Shown here one piece after another: positions 1 through 12,612 of a stretch of DNA of 64,000 nt. Each line of letters opens with the position of its first letter. Positions within the stretch are counted from its first letter, which is position 1. A model generated the notes under the pieces. The model was not told where the DNA came from and made no database searches. It saw nothing but the letters and a program-made list of their open reading frames with translations. This DNA comes from Callorhinchus milii. Lineage: Eukaryota. The position numbers and the translations under genes were made by a program. The stretch spans positions 53,322,001 to 53,386,000 of the forward strand of contig NW_024704742.1 in the NCBI RefSeq assembly GCF_018977255.1, in the 5' to 3' direction.

Positions 1-2789
1 TGAGTGAAGAAAGTACCACAAATGTCACCCCTAGATCGAAAAGGACATAAATTAGCAGTGCAACAGACATCCACGTCAACGTTTCACTTTCTCTAAACAT
101 GCCTGCTGAGACTAGAAAATATATCAGAGAGCAATTATAGTTCCCAAAAAATTTTTAAAAATGGTGTAAACCTCTAACTACAGTGCAGCAGGACTAATAG
201 CAATGAATTGCAGACAGAAGCTTCTAGTCAGAACACAATTACAACCATCAATCTGGATTCTGAGTGAATGACGATACAATGGATAATCGAGTGCTGGTCC
301 TAGCTCTTCAATGAGCTTTAGTGAATGTTGACTTTGCAAATGTTACCCTTCAACACTGTCACATAAAAGACTCACATCTAATACCATCATGGTACCCATC
401 TAAATCTCAGCCCACACACTCAATGTTTGCATTTCAATCACATCAGTCCACATGTTAGCAGATTTCAGGCTCCTTTAATGTAGGCCATTTTTTGATAAAC
501 CTGATGCAAGGATAATCCTTGCATTTGTTATAGTGCCTTACACATTGGGAGAACATTTCAAAGCGCTTCACAGGAGTTACTCTAAAGTGTAGTGACTGTG
601 TATTTTGTTGGCAAACGTATCCGTGAAAATGAGTCTGCTTACACAAAATGGGAAATCGGAAAAATAAATCAGCAACTCCAGATTCTAATACTCACTGCTT
701 TGTTTTTAAACAGCCCAATAGAAATATGGCTTCCAATGATCTAACCCTCCTGAAGGTGGTGACTTTTGTTTGTTTGTTTCTAAGCACATTTTGGGATGTG
801 TGCCACTGAGATCCCTGGTTGGCCTGACTGAGGACAAGAGGAATCATCTATGCTCTGCGGGACTTGAATCATGTGTATGTCAGACCCGGTAAGTTTGGCA
901 GCTTTTTTTTCCTGAAGTAAATCAGTGAAACAATTGATTTTTTACAACAATTCAACATTTTCCTGGTGCTGGCTCAAGTGACCACATTTTTGAAATTCAA
1001 ATTACGCAAATACTGCAGAGAGATACAACTCCAATAGTTTCACCACTTCGCTATCATCTCCCAAATGCAAACCCCTGATTCAGTACAACAATTTGCGTTT
1101 CCAACAACAACTTGCATTTAAATAGCACCCTTCACACAGGGTCGTGTCTCAGGTCACTTGACAGTGGTGGAGCTTGATGTTGAGCTTGGGAGTGTTTAAA
1201 AGGGAAACAGGTAGATTATTCATGAAGCAAGTAAGGTTATTCAGAGACGTGACAATTAAACATGTGTCCTGTCCTCTATTTCAAACAAAAATAATGCTCA
1301 AGGGGGAATACCAACTGGCCTAGTTTGTCCTCTAAGTAGATCGATTTCAGGTCCTCATCTTCACCCATAAATCACTTCACGCCCACAAAATGAATGTAGT
1401 CTCAATGTATAAAAAAAGCCACCCATCAAACATTGAAAAAAATCAGGCTTTCTTCAACAAAGACTTTATTTTAATGAAGAACATTTCAAAGCACTTCACA
1501 AGATTTACTGTAAAGTGTACTGACTGTGTAGTTTGTAGGTGAATGCAACTTGCACACAACAATGTCCCACAAATAGCCGTGAAGTGAATGATTGACATCA
1601 ACTGTCATTGTGACCTCTCTAGATTGAGACTAAATCTCCGATTGGAGCAGATGACACAAGTTGAAAATCCCCAACAAAGACAATTTTTAAAGCAGAATTC
1701 GAACCACTGAAATGTATCATTCATGAAGCAATGAAGCTTAAATACAACAGATAGAACATAAACTGGAATTTCCAAGTGTACGTGGGATGGAGGGAATTCT
1801 CAGTTTGGTTTGGATACTCTTAAGCATGGGGATAAGTCATGGTTTCTGCATGTGTCAGACACCCGGCTGACCAAAAAAAATTTTCAAGAAGGTTAGGGCA
1901 TAGATTGAAATTATTTTATCCAGTACCATAATTCGGTCCTTCAGTGAAGTATGAGCTTATTGCTAGTAGGTGCCATGTGCCTGGAACTGCTTGCATTGTT
2001 GAAAGGTATCAGCCTGGCTGGCAGGTAATTGTTGGCTTTAATCTCCGTTTTTGTTGCCTAGAGTCAGATAATACTGACCACCCAAGGCTTTGTTCAAAGT
2101 TTTGTCTTCATCATCTCATGTGTGTTAATAGTATAAGTTTTTAATGCGCTTCTTTCTACAGCTGCCTGACAGACTAATACCAGTAATAAATTAAAATGGC
2201 CATCTTGCCCGATAGAAATTCTCTTCCCTGTTTCGTAAATACGATATTGAAAAGTGATATAGATATTGAGGTTAACATCCTGGCTACTGTATATATGTTG
2301 CCTGCCAGTTGCTCCACATTAAAGAATTAAAAGTGGTGTAGACAAGTTCTGAGAGTACAGATACATATAATACACTGCTTGGACCACAAGGCTTCAGGTT
2401 TCATGCAACTGAGTGTAGGCTAATCATGTAGTTTGGGAAAATACACTCACTTCATTTTACAGTGTAATTTGTGAAGGGCTTTGAGACATCCTCGCAATGT
2501 GAAAGGCACCATAATAATGTAAAGATTATTATTATTATTGATGCTGATTTCTGCCCAAAGACATTTTACCACAGCAACATCCTTAAAACAAATTTACACA
2601 ATATTAAAGCTGATATGCAAATGAATGTGGGACAATAAATTTATTTTACCAGATAATCTGAACAACTACTTATCGGGCAGTAGATATAGGGTAGGGCAGT
2701 GGAACTGAATGGGCAACTTATTATGAGAGACGTGCACACTCATTGGGCTGAATGTTCTTCTGTGCTATAAATTTATAAAAATAATAAAC

Positions 2790-3140
2790 CTTACATTCAG
2801 TGGACTGACTGTTTTGTGAGGAAATACGGCAACCAATTTGTGCACAAACATGAAGTGAATGACTAATTTTTAACTTTATTTGGGGGATTGTTGGCCAGGA
2901 CACTGGTAAAACTCTCTTCTCTTTTTGAATAGTCCATGGAATCTTTAACATCCACCCAGTCAGGCAGTCAGGACCTCACTCTTAATGTCTCATTCGAAGG
3001 ACGGCAGCTCTAACAACCCCAAATCACTGCACTCGATGTTACCTTAGACTATATGGGTTCCAAGTTTCAAGGTGGGACGTGAACACACAACCCTCTGACT
3101 CAGAGGCCTGAATGCTACCAACTGAGCTTGCCTAACGCAC
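2790..3140 (-). mobile_element. DeuSINE-like SINE
   Basis: ggccaggacactgg...ccatggaatctttaacatccacc...gaacacacaaccctctgactcagagg...gctaccaactgagc. Further decayed copies lie at about 7845-8140, 15195-15590, 17030-17270, 19310-19600, 21690-21965, 23395-23765, 34010-34315, 38390-38700 and 60000-60245. Confidence 0.72.
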
Positions 3141-6100
3141 AGATGATTCTATGAACCTTAGAATATCCTTCCGTTGCCTATAATGTCAAAAATATTTCAG
3201 AGTTTTTCTGTAAATTGTGGTAAGTGACTATGTATTTGTAGGTGAATTAGGGTTTACAGTCTAGTTTGGAGTATTTCTTAGTAGGATTCCTCAATAAGAA
3301 ATCCGAGTTGGGACACTGGTAACTCTTTCTGAAAACTAAAACTGATGTGATGCTGACCTTTGGGAACACAATCCACTTCTACAAAAAAGTTTGTGCAAAT
3401 TAATGGGAACACAAACAGAATTTCTTATTAAGTAACTGTTAAAGAAATATGTCAAATTGGAGAACCCAATATTATATTCTGCATAACTTTCTGTGTAATG
3501 GGACTCATGTGACCTATTGTTTTATTTGGGTTTGTTTGAAGGTCTATGGTCAAGTCTGTTTGTTTTCAATCTTTTTATTACATATGTCAGACTGATCTGG
3601 ATCAAGTGATGTGACATTCCACAGCTCAGTGTCAAACTGGGATTGTGGGAAACTCAATTAAATTATGGAAACAATGACAAGTTGTGTCTCTAAAATTCAA
3701 ATGAAAAATGATCCATGATTACTGTACAGGACAAAACAGTACTTACTGAACTCTCTTTTGTGAACATGTTCCAAACTATTACGATAAAGTACATTCTGTA
3801 ATAGGGTAAAAACTCTTAGCAGACCCCTGAAATGTTGCCATTTTCCCTCTCTCAACTCCATTGGGATGAACAGCAAAGCAAAGCAATTAGAGCACTGAAC
3901 AGGAAAAATGGAGATTCATTCCCTAAGAGCGAGAATAGCAGAGTGTGAGGACATGGTGGCTCAATACATCATTGGAGCTGTAAAAGCAATTGAATGAGAA
4001 AACTGCAGCATAAATGGTGAAAGCATTGGATAAAGTGCCTTTAGATGTAAAGTGTGTCTTGTGCAGGAAGCCCCATATATGTCTCAATGACTTGTGACAA
4101 TTCAACTCTGAGATGATTTTGGGTCATGTGGGGGAGGGGGTCTTTCCTGCATAAAATGCTCTTTATGTCCCAAGACACTTTACTGGCTATTCCACCCGAG
4201 GGCTTTTGAGCCTTAATGCTGGCAGTATGATCCATCAACCAATAGATTTTTGAGCGTAGTGAGGCCATTATTTTACAGGAAAAAGTGGAATCTTTACTGA
4301 GGTCTGTAGTGTTTTAAACAGATGGACAACACTTGGTGCTTTCATTTCTAGCTGAAAACCCCAGTGTAAGTGAAGCAGGCATACCATGCTGCCACCTCTG
4401 TGTGGTCTGACCTGGGTTCATGATTCTGAGCAGAGAGTAAATAACTTGAGATATTGGGGACAATGTGAAAGGTTAAATTAAATTACACAGCTGGTTACAT
4501 CTCAATGCCTTCAATTCTTCCCTTTGTCAATGCAATCCTGGTAAAGTGGTAATCAAAGTCTAATGCTTCATTACCCATCTCCACAAACTCCACCCATTAG
4601 AAACCAACTCCAGGTAACGGAAACAGATACTCTGTACCACACGACCACTCGAAAGGACCGCTTGAAGACCCCAGTCGCTATAAATTTCAAAACTATAAAT
4701 TCTATGTGTGCGCTCAGACAGAACAGCAATAATTCACTGAGGTCCACTCGCTGACCTGGGCGTGCTTATTCAATCACCAATCTGTTATACAACCACTAAG
4801 CTTGTTTATTGCTGATAGCAATGTTGTTTACTTGGAGGGCACTTTAGGCTTGCTTACCCGACCAGACCAGACATTCATTACAATACTGTGCCTGGCCTAT
4901 TTACACCATGAAGTTTGTACAGAATAAATCCACTGTGCAATGCCCTACAGTACTGTGCAGTAAACCCAGGATAGAAAGCTGCTCTGTCCACAGGCTGTAC
5001 AATGGTGTCCCAGGCTGTCTAAATTAGGTTATCGAATCTCTCTCTAAACGAAACCAAATGCACATTGACTGTTCTGAGCACTAAAACTGACCAGTCGTTT
5101 CTAATATTTTAAAGAAATTGTCACACCAGCTATTACAGCCCAGAGTAACTCAAAATCAGGGACACATGCCCCCCCGCCCTCACTTTTCCATAAAATCTGA
5201 GTAATGGTAGCACCCAAAGCTGACTTCAAATGCTCAGAGCCTTGGAATCCTGCGCAGTAGACCTGTTGTTTTCAATTCTGGGAATAAGATATTGCTACAC
5301 AGGATATGAATGTGACAGATCACAACTCAAGGTGCAAAACATCAACGATCACCTCCTAAAAACCTTCAAGCACAGTGCCAGCATCATATTGGTAGCACAT
5401 AGGCACCTTCTTTACAGGTATTGCCACATTTTCTTAGGCCTTGTTGGACAGATGCACAGAATGCCAGCCTAATACATGAGTACATTCTACACAAACACTT
5501 TCACTTCACTCCAAGCTTCACTTGGAAGTACCACAAGTGCCTCATTCACAAGGTGACAATTTCTTTTAAAAATTAGTAAACATATCTCGGAGCCAATTCC
5601 AAAAGCAAAGATTGATTTATATCTAATCATTTGTTTGAAGCAAAAACATTCCTAATAGTACCTGTGACACTTTGTTCATCCTGTTTTTAAAGGGGCCCCC
5701 TTGTCACAAAAAGGAGAAATGGGATGGATTTATCAAACACAATGTAAAGCACATTGCTTCAATACAGTTTGTTTGTTTATTAGTTGGTTGCAAACATTGG
5801 TTCAGCTTCATAAAATCAGCCTATGCTTTATCAGGACTACAGAAAAAAAGATTGCAGGTCAGTGGTTCAGATCATCACCAGGTTGCTATTGACATCACTT
5901 CCTTTGTGCTGCACCGCCAGCAACTTGCAAACATTTCCAGCAGTTGCTGGGACACAACTGGATCCTAGGAGACCTTCTGCTTTTTAATGTGCAGGAAATT
6001 TTTCAGTTTGTGCTGAAAGCCAGATGGGTATGACACTGTCGTACACTGTGTGTTCGTGACATGTCTGTGTTGTAAATAGGCCATCGTTATATAACAGATT

Positions 6101-6144
6101 CTGACTAAATGAGCTAGAGTTTATTCATGGCTTGCAAAGAAGGT

Positions 6145-6333
6145 TTGCTAGATTTACTTTGTGTAGCATTTCAGAGCAAATTGTTAACTTCAAAAAATGT
6201 TTCCTGTAGTTCTTAAAAGAACTTACAGAAAAGTGGCTTCAAAATTAAGGTTGCATTTAAGAATTTACCAAATTCTGGATGCACTGAAATGCTACATAAA
6301 TAAAATAAATCCAGACCCAGCTGGAATTTCTCT
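6145..6333. mobile_element. Copy of the palindromic MITE, left end eroded
   Basis: ctagatttactttgtgtagcatttcagagc...ctgtagttcttaaaagaacttacagaaaagtggcttcaaaattaagg...gcactgaaatgctacataaataaaataaatccagacccagctggaatttctc. Confidence 0.7.
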
Positions 6334-7457
6334 ATTGTGCTGAGGGAAGATAGTCATTTCTGATAGGGTGCCACTCTGATCCCTGTTATAAGTTGGCAAC
6401 ATGTGTATATATTTATGTTGTTTGTTTGTGTGCAACAAGATTGTTATGAATTAAAATTGACATGAATGACTGACTCACCAGTCTCCAGACTGTAGGATAT
6501 GTTTGGTGTACATTATGTTGGAGATAAACGAGGCTCTTGCATTTTTGGCTTAGCTCAGACAATGATTCACTTGCACAGTCAAAATGCCTCCATATAAAGG
6601 AAGTGCAATTGATTTCAATGGGAAATAAATAACATCTGTCTTCAATGTAGGATTTCCAGTTAAACAGTTGTTTTGAAGTGAATACAATTGCCTCCATTAG
6701 TCCCTTTCAGTTTGCTTCACAACAGCCTTAATCACAGTCCACAGCTGACTGAATGGGAGATTCAGGGAAAGTACAGATAGTAGGAAAGGTTTCAGGTAAA
6801 GTGCTTTCTGTTAATGATTGTCTGTTGCAATTTGGACTCTTTCTGTTGATTACAATGTCAATAAAGTTGCTTAAGCCTTTCATGTTAACCAGGATAAGAT
6901 GTATTTCTGCACCAAAATACAATAGAGCTCTATTAAAACCCAATATTCAGAGTCCATAAAATTGCAACCAATGTGATTGGCGATCAGCCCTACCACATCC
7001 ACTAAGGTTCCCATATACCAACCAGCACACCGTGCTAAATAATGGCCAACTTCATTAGGTCACCCTTGATGGCACTTTATGTAGGAAGTTATGTGCACAA
7101 TTTGTATAATAGACCCCAATTTTAAAATGCAGAGGTAAAGTGACTCTTGCTTTAAGGACTGTAAACAAAGACTGAAAGCATCATTCATTTACAGTGACCA
7201 TCTAATTTCAGTCCCAAGAACATAATTCAGCACTAAAATGTCACCTGCCTTGAAAGACTATAGAAACCAGTCCCAAAGACAAATCTTTACTATACAACAC
7301 TTGCTTTTGCTGATGTTAAGCACAGGAAGTATACGCTTTGCAAGTTTCGAAGGACAGCTACCATTCAAATATTTAGCACTATGACAAAAACATGACCACA
7401 GTCTTTTTTCTGTACAAGCTCAGAATTCTTTGGCTTGTTTAACATTTTAAAACTTAC

Positions 7458-7589
7458 CCCAGTCTTTGGTTTAGCCCCAGAACTTGCCTTTGGGGACCCA
7501 GATCCAAATGATGAGTGGACAAGATGAACCTTCTGGTTTTGACTGATTGCGATCGCATCTGCTCCACTCTCTGAATCTGACTCTCGTTC
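7458..7589 (-). CDS. DLC1: DLC1 internal coding exon (44 codons)
   Basis: ERESDSESGADAIAISQNQKVHL...ASSGAKPKTG resembles recalled DLC1 DLESGSESGADTISVNQTRVNL...NSGTKPKT. Acceptor ctcttggcAG|GAA at 7590/7589, donor GGG|GTAAGT at 7458/7457; 132 nt, phase 0. Confidence 0.9.
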
Positions 7590-8162
7590 CTGCCAAGAGA
7601 CCGTGGGAAACATTTGAGTTTTAACCCATTCAAAGAAAAAATAATAATCATAGCTCTCTCCATACACTAGAAATCTGGGACTGAGTTGGATTGTGGACAC
7701 CTGCCTGGTCCCTTCCATTACCCAATGCCACAGTTCAAACCTCTACACAATAAAGTCTAGATACACAAATTTATATGAACAGCATTCCATTCATAAAACA
7801 TTTTTTTAAAAAAGGATCCTGCTGTATTTGCAAAACATTATCAATAATAATTCTTGCAATTTGAAATAGCCCATGATATCAAAATGTCTCAAAGTGCTTC
7901 ACACATAACTGCTGTAAAGTGTAATATTTTAAACTATCTATTTGTGTATAAATGCAGTGGTCAATTTTTTGCATAGCAATGTCCCCAAAACAGCCATGAA
8001 GTGACAGACTAATTTTATTGGGTGTTTTTGGACTGGACAGTTTTTTTTTAAGAGTGTTGTAGAATCTTTAATGTCTTCCTGAACAGACAGATGTGACCTT
8101 GTTTTAATGTTTCATCCGAAGGATGGATTATATGTTAAAGAACATTCCAGCTGCATGTTTGT

Positions 8163-8476
8163 GGAGTCCTGTAGCTCAGTGGTTAAAGCACTTGCCTGGC
8201 AAGCAAGAGGCCTGGGTTCAATTCCCGGCAGGGCGAAACCCTGGGCAAGTTTCCTTACTCCACATGCCCGATAATAATCCCTCAAGAAAAAAATCAATAA
8301 TAAATTGGTCACTTCAATCCACAATTGTTTGTGGGACACTGCTGTGCGCAATTGGCTGCTGCATTTCGTCCACAAATATACAGTCAATTCACTTTACAGT
8401 ATATTCTGTAAAGCTCTTTGAGACGTCTAGAAGACATGAAAAGCACTATATCAAATGCAAGGATTATTATTATTAT
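8163..8476 (+). mobile_element. tRNA(Ala)-like SINE, full length, short subfamily, with L2-type (TTA)n tail
   Basis: Head GGAGTCCTGTAGCTCAGTGGTTAAAGC...GGTTCAATTCCC carries Pol III A and B boxes. Body gggcaagtttccttactccac; tail aaagcactatatcaaatgcaaggattattattatt. Near-identical copies at 25229, 28272 and 49452. Confidence 0.92.
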
Positions 8477-10489
8477 GTTCAATTTTAGCTAGGATGTTCT
8501 AACTACTAGAGCAGAAGGCTCAGTGGCAACTGCATCTTATTTTTAGTTCCATGTTAATCATGACAAATAACACTGAAAAACGTTGCATACAGAGTGGCCC
8601 ACAGTCACCAGCTCTGTTTTAGAAGTACTTCTCTGCAACTCATTACATTTGCCCACAAAACACACAGTCACATCACTTTACAGTATATTCCGTGAAACCG
8701 TTTGAGATATCTTGATGACATGATATTAATAGTCAAGAACATCTTATCTGTAATTTTTTTTAGACTCACACAGTCATAAACCATATATTTTTGACCCTTT
8801 ACAATAAAGATGCTCCTGACTATTAGGGCAGCAAATTTACAGACCTTGGCAGAATTTCCCAAGATGTTTTGCCTCATGTAAATTATCTTCATATGGTATG
8901 CTTGTATTTTAAAGAGACAATGACAACAATCAGAGGTGGGAGAGATTACAAGGCACTTTGTAATATGAGGAAACTGGAGAGGTATTAAACTGAAATAAGA
9001 TGGCAGTTGTATTGGTATTCTTGAAGGACATAATTAATGGTGTGAAGAACCTTCTTTCATCTGAATCAAATGACATTAATTGTCATTTTGAGGGAATTTA
9101 TTCTAAGAATACATAACAATCCTTGCATTTGATTTAGTGCTTCATCACATTGTTGAGATGTCTCAAAGAGTTTCACAAAGAGCTGCAAAGTGTAGTGACT
9201 GTGCATTTGTAGGCAAAATTGGTGAGTATAGATGGCAGTACTCTCTGTAATATAGTCTACACAGAGATATCTAAAGAGCGTTCTAGTAGTGCCACCACTG
9301 TGTGGCTGCCGGTAAACTGTGATGTAGACATAAATTTCTCCAGGGAATCCCCTATGTAGCACACATTCTTGTGAAATTTTGGGAAAGGACCTAAGCTTTT
9401 ATCACAGCTGAGGTGCCGGGACAACGATTGTCACAGCTTCGGGGAAGGTTCACAGTAGAAAGTGACTGAGATGATAATAATAATAATCCTTGCATTTGAT
9501 AGAGCACCTTTCAAAGCAGGGGGTGGCCTCAGAGCTCATCACATAATTTAATGTAAAATGCAGTGACTATATTATAGGCAAACTACCTTACCTCTGAAAC
9601 AAATACATCTCGGATATATAGGGGGCAACATTTATGAAAATATGACAATGTTACTGAAGACTGTGTCTTCCTACTTGCATCCCCGTTGACCTCTGACCAC
9701 GTGGAGAATGCTGTAGAATGCGTTCATAGAAATAAAAAGAAGGAATATATCAATGCATTTGCATTTTCTTTCCAAGAACGAGTTTCTTTGTAAAAGAAGG
9801 ATCCTACAATTCTATTATGAAGAATAGAAGCTTAAAGGGGTATAGGAATAAGGCAAGGCTGTGAGATTGAATGAACAGCTTTCTCTGATTTCCGGAGTAG
9901 ACTTGATAGGCTGAATGGCCTCCTTCTTCTGTAAATTTCTATGATTCTATTGGAAGGACTGTTTGAACTACCTCACAAACTATATCCCTCCATTGCCCTC
10001 AAAATTTTACATAATTAGTTATTAAAACAAGAAACAATATTAAGAATAATTATTTATTCAAAAATGATTTGCTTATTTTAGGAAAATAACCACTTCATTT
10101 TAACCCAATCAAGTTCAGGAAAGGGTTAAAGTCTGCCATCAGTGATTAGATTACTTTCCAGTCCAATGACTAAAAGAGCACACTTCAGGCAACTGTTATT
10201 GAGAACAGAGAAAGGGTTGTCTGTTACTGAGCTTGCCTTTATCCTTCTTTGCGTAACTGTGAACTCCTTGCACTCTCTGCTTTGGGCTTGACATTCCCCT
10301 TTCTTGTAGAATTTACTCTTGATTTCAGCTTCAGTCGTGATGGATGAGCTCTGGACTAACACCAAGTACTATGTTTTCTGCCAGCTCCTGTGTTAATCCT
10401 CGCTCTTTCATCTTCACTGAGAATAAGTAGCAATATCCAGCCCATGCCTTGAATGAGATTTACTGAAATAGCAAGAGTGCATGGACTTC

Positions 10490-11003
10490 ATTCAAACAAA
10501 AGATACTGCTGATGCTGGAAATCTGAATTAAAAACAGAATTTGCTGGGAACACTCAGCAGGTCAGGCAGCATCTATGAAGAGAGGATACTGAGTTAACGT
10601 TTCAGGTTGATGACCTTTCATCAGAACTGGGGGATGTTGGAAGGGAGCAGTTTATAAGGACAAATGACAACAACAACAACTTGCCCTTAGGATAGCGTCT
10701 CAGAGTGTTTAATAGTGGCGGAGCCTGACTCCGAGCTGGGGGTGGGTGTGGTGGGTGCGGAGAGGTGGCCGTAAGCATGGTCGAAGAGGAAGGGAAACAC
10801 AGAAGGGGGCAGAGCTCATCATCTCCTGTCCTCCACCTAATTTTTTCCTTTGTCTTTCTTTTCCAGCCCACTTCTCTGTTTGTCCATATAAACTTCTCCC
10901 TTCCAACATCCTCCAGTTCTGACAGAAGGTCATCGACCTGAAACATTAAGTCACATTTACTCTCTCCATAGATCCTGCCTGACCTGCTGAATGTTTCCGG
11001 CGT
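10490..11003. mobile_element. Inverted pair of Penelope-like terminal repeat fragments (about 10490-10665 minus; about 10875-11003 plus) with an L2-tail fragment in the spacer
   Basis: The reverse complement of the left arm (tttgtccttataaactgctcccttccaacatcccccagttctgatgaaaggtcatcaacctgaaacgttaactc...catagatgctgcctgacctgctgagtgttcccagc) aligns along its length with the right arm (tttgtccatataaacttctcccttccaacatcctccagttctgacagaaggtcatcgacctgaaacattaagtc...catagatcctgcctgacctgctgaatgtttccggc). The Penelope assignment is inferred from the hammerhead motif. Confidence 0.7.
10592..10628 (-). ncRNA. Minimal type I hammerhead ribozyme motif (Penelope-associated type)
   Basis: The minus strand reads AGUU-CUGAUGA-A-AGGU(CAUCA)ACCU-GAAA-CG-UU-AACU: stem I AGUU/AACU, intact CUGAUGA and GAAA core, stem II AGGU/ACCU, a palindromic loop-less stem III and a GUU cleavage triplet. 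Confidence 0.7.
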
Positions 11004-11499
11004 AGATTTGTCCACAGTTGAACCAGCCAGATTAGTGTGAGCCAAGGACTTCAACTAAACTCTGCTGGAAAGACTACACTACGCATGAGTCTGAGGATGG
11101 CCTGCTGAGCTTCTGAGAGGTGTAGCACTGTATCTGCATGCAAACTGAATATATTGGCAGAAAGATAGTTGTAAAGGTAACTTGTTTTCACAAGCTGACA
11201 AGACAATTGGGGTAGTTCAACTACAAAGCTCAGCAAATTTATGGACCTCAGCTGGTGAGAACATCTTATTCTCCACTGGTCCATACAGTAACTGACCTTG
11301 AGTGAAAAAATACCATTAATGGGTCAAGTACTGCATTCACCGGTTTGTCAAGCTCTATTAATTTACCATCAATTGGAGATACAACCCTCAGAACTGTAAA
11401 AAAAAGTGTACTTTAATTTGAATGAAAGTGTGTGTGTGTGGGGGGGTGGGGGGGAGACACTTTCCCAGCGGGACAGTTGATGGAAGCCTCACACTAAAA

Positions 11500-11702
11500 G
11501 AGAGAGTGGCACAGAGAGAGTGAGAGTAACAAAGAGGGACGCAGAGAGAGTGAGTGTAACAGAGAGGGACGCAGAGACAGTGAGAGTAATAGAGAGGGAC
11601 ACAGAGAGAGTGGGAGTAACAGAGAGGGACACAGAGTAACAGAGAGGGAGAGAATGGCACAGAGAGAGTGATAGTAACAAAGAGGGAGAGAGGGAGAGAG
11701 AA
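11500..11702. repeat. Purine-rich 30-bp minisatellite
   Basis: Units RCAGAGAGAGTGAGAGTAACAGAGAGGGAC at 11511, 11541, 11571 and 11601, plus degenerate flanking units. Confidence 0.92.
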
Positions 11703-12206
11703 ATCTCACGATTAAAAGTGACTTCAGTGCAGCCATTCAAACCTATTGATGCTCTCATGGCATCAAAGAGATATCAGCTTCAACCTCTAAACATCAGATG
11801 AATTAATCATATTGATGAGTCTACGTATAACAGGGGAGACCTGAGAACTTACAGAGAGCAGTTACTGGTTTTGCTGCACATAGTATGCACAAACAGCGAA
11901 GTCAGTGGTGGTTACCTTCATAGGAGGTGATGTGGCTTTTTTTTAAACAGGAAACCAGTCTATAAGTTCATGTTTATTTCATTCACATTTTGGGAGATTC
12001 TCCCGGTGTCCTGCCTAAAAATCACTTGTTTCACGGCTTGTTTATGGGACATTGTGGTGTGCAAATGTGCTGCCACATATGCCTACAAACACGCAGTCAC
12101 TTCACTTCAAAGTAAATGCTTTGACACGTTTTGTGATATCCTCCCAGTGTGAAAGGCTTTATGCCAGATGCAAGGATTATTATTAGATATACACACAAGG
12201 AAGAAA

Positions 12207-12484
12207 GGGTATGGTGGAGCACATTTGGTTAGTGGCCTTGCCTCGCAAGCGAGAGGACCTAAGTTTGATTCCCGGGCAGGGCGAAACTTTGTGGTAAATT
12301 CACCTTTTTTGTATGTATGTCCCTTGATTTGGTTTAGAAAGTATGGTCCCCGTAAGCTACAGGGGTATGGGGAATGGGTAGATAAATGTGACTGAAAGGA
12401 TTGTCTTGAGGAAGCTGACACAGACAGGATGAGCTAAATGGCCTTTTCTGTGATGTAAATTTCTATTGTTCTATGTTTTCTATT
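12207..12484 (+). mobile_element. tRNA-like SINE head followed by a CR1-type 3' tail
   Basis: Head ...tggttagtggccttgcctcgcaagcgagaggacctaagtttgattcccgggcagggcgaaac, then a different body ending aaatggccttttctgtgatgtaaatttctattgttctatg, which resembles a CR1 3' end. Confidence 0.65.
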
Positions 12485-12494
12485 GCATGGGAGC

Positions 12495-12612
12495 AAATTT
12501 TGTTTGGTCAGTTGGGTGCCTGACACGTGAAGAAACCCTTCACCATGCTTAAGAGTATCCAAAACAAACTGAGAATTCCATGCATCCCACTTACATATAG
12601 AAACTCCAGAGA
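12495..12612 (+). repeat. Unclassified dispersed repeat of about 120 bp (other copies at about 47140-47255 in the same orientation and about 1762-1885 inverted)
   Basis: The core CATGCTTAAGAGTATCCAA..CAAACTGAGA.TT is shared by all three loci, with colinear flanks. Confidence 0.8.

Noticed and set aside
4385..4404. Third CTCF-like motif (minus strand ACAGAGGTGGCAGCA)
   Set aside because: Only the 3' half of the consensus matches.
1..7457. Next DLC1 exons (short linker exon and SAM-domain exon, EIEAKEACDWLRA-like)
   Set aside because: No matching peptide with splice sites was found by eye. They probably lie beyond the window, although a very short diverged exon could have been missed.
8163..8236. 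Functional tRNA-Ala genes (also at 25229, 28272 and 49452)
   Set aside because: Each head continues into a shared SINE body and (TTA)n tail, lacks an adjacent oligo-T terminator and has an imperfect acceptor stem. They are SINE heads.
11500..11702. CRISPR-like array
   Set aside because: The units are head-to-tail with no unique spacers, the context is a eukaryotic intron, and there are no cas genes.
11388..11758. Three overlapping repetitive ORFs (LCVPLCYSHS..., SLSV...)
   Set aside because: They are translations of a 30-bp minisatellite.
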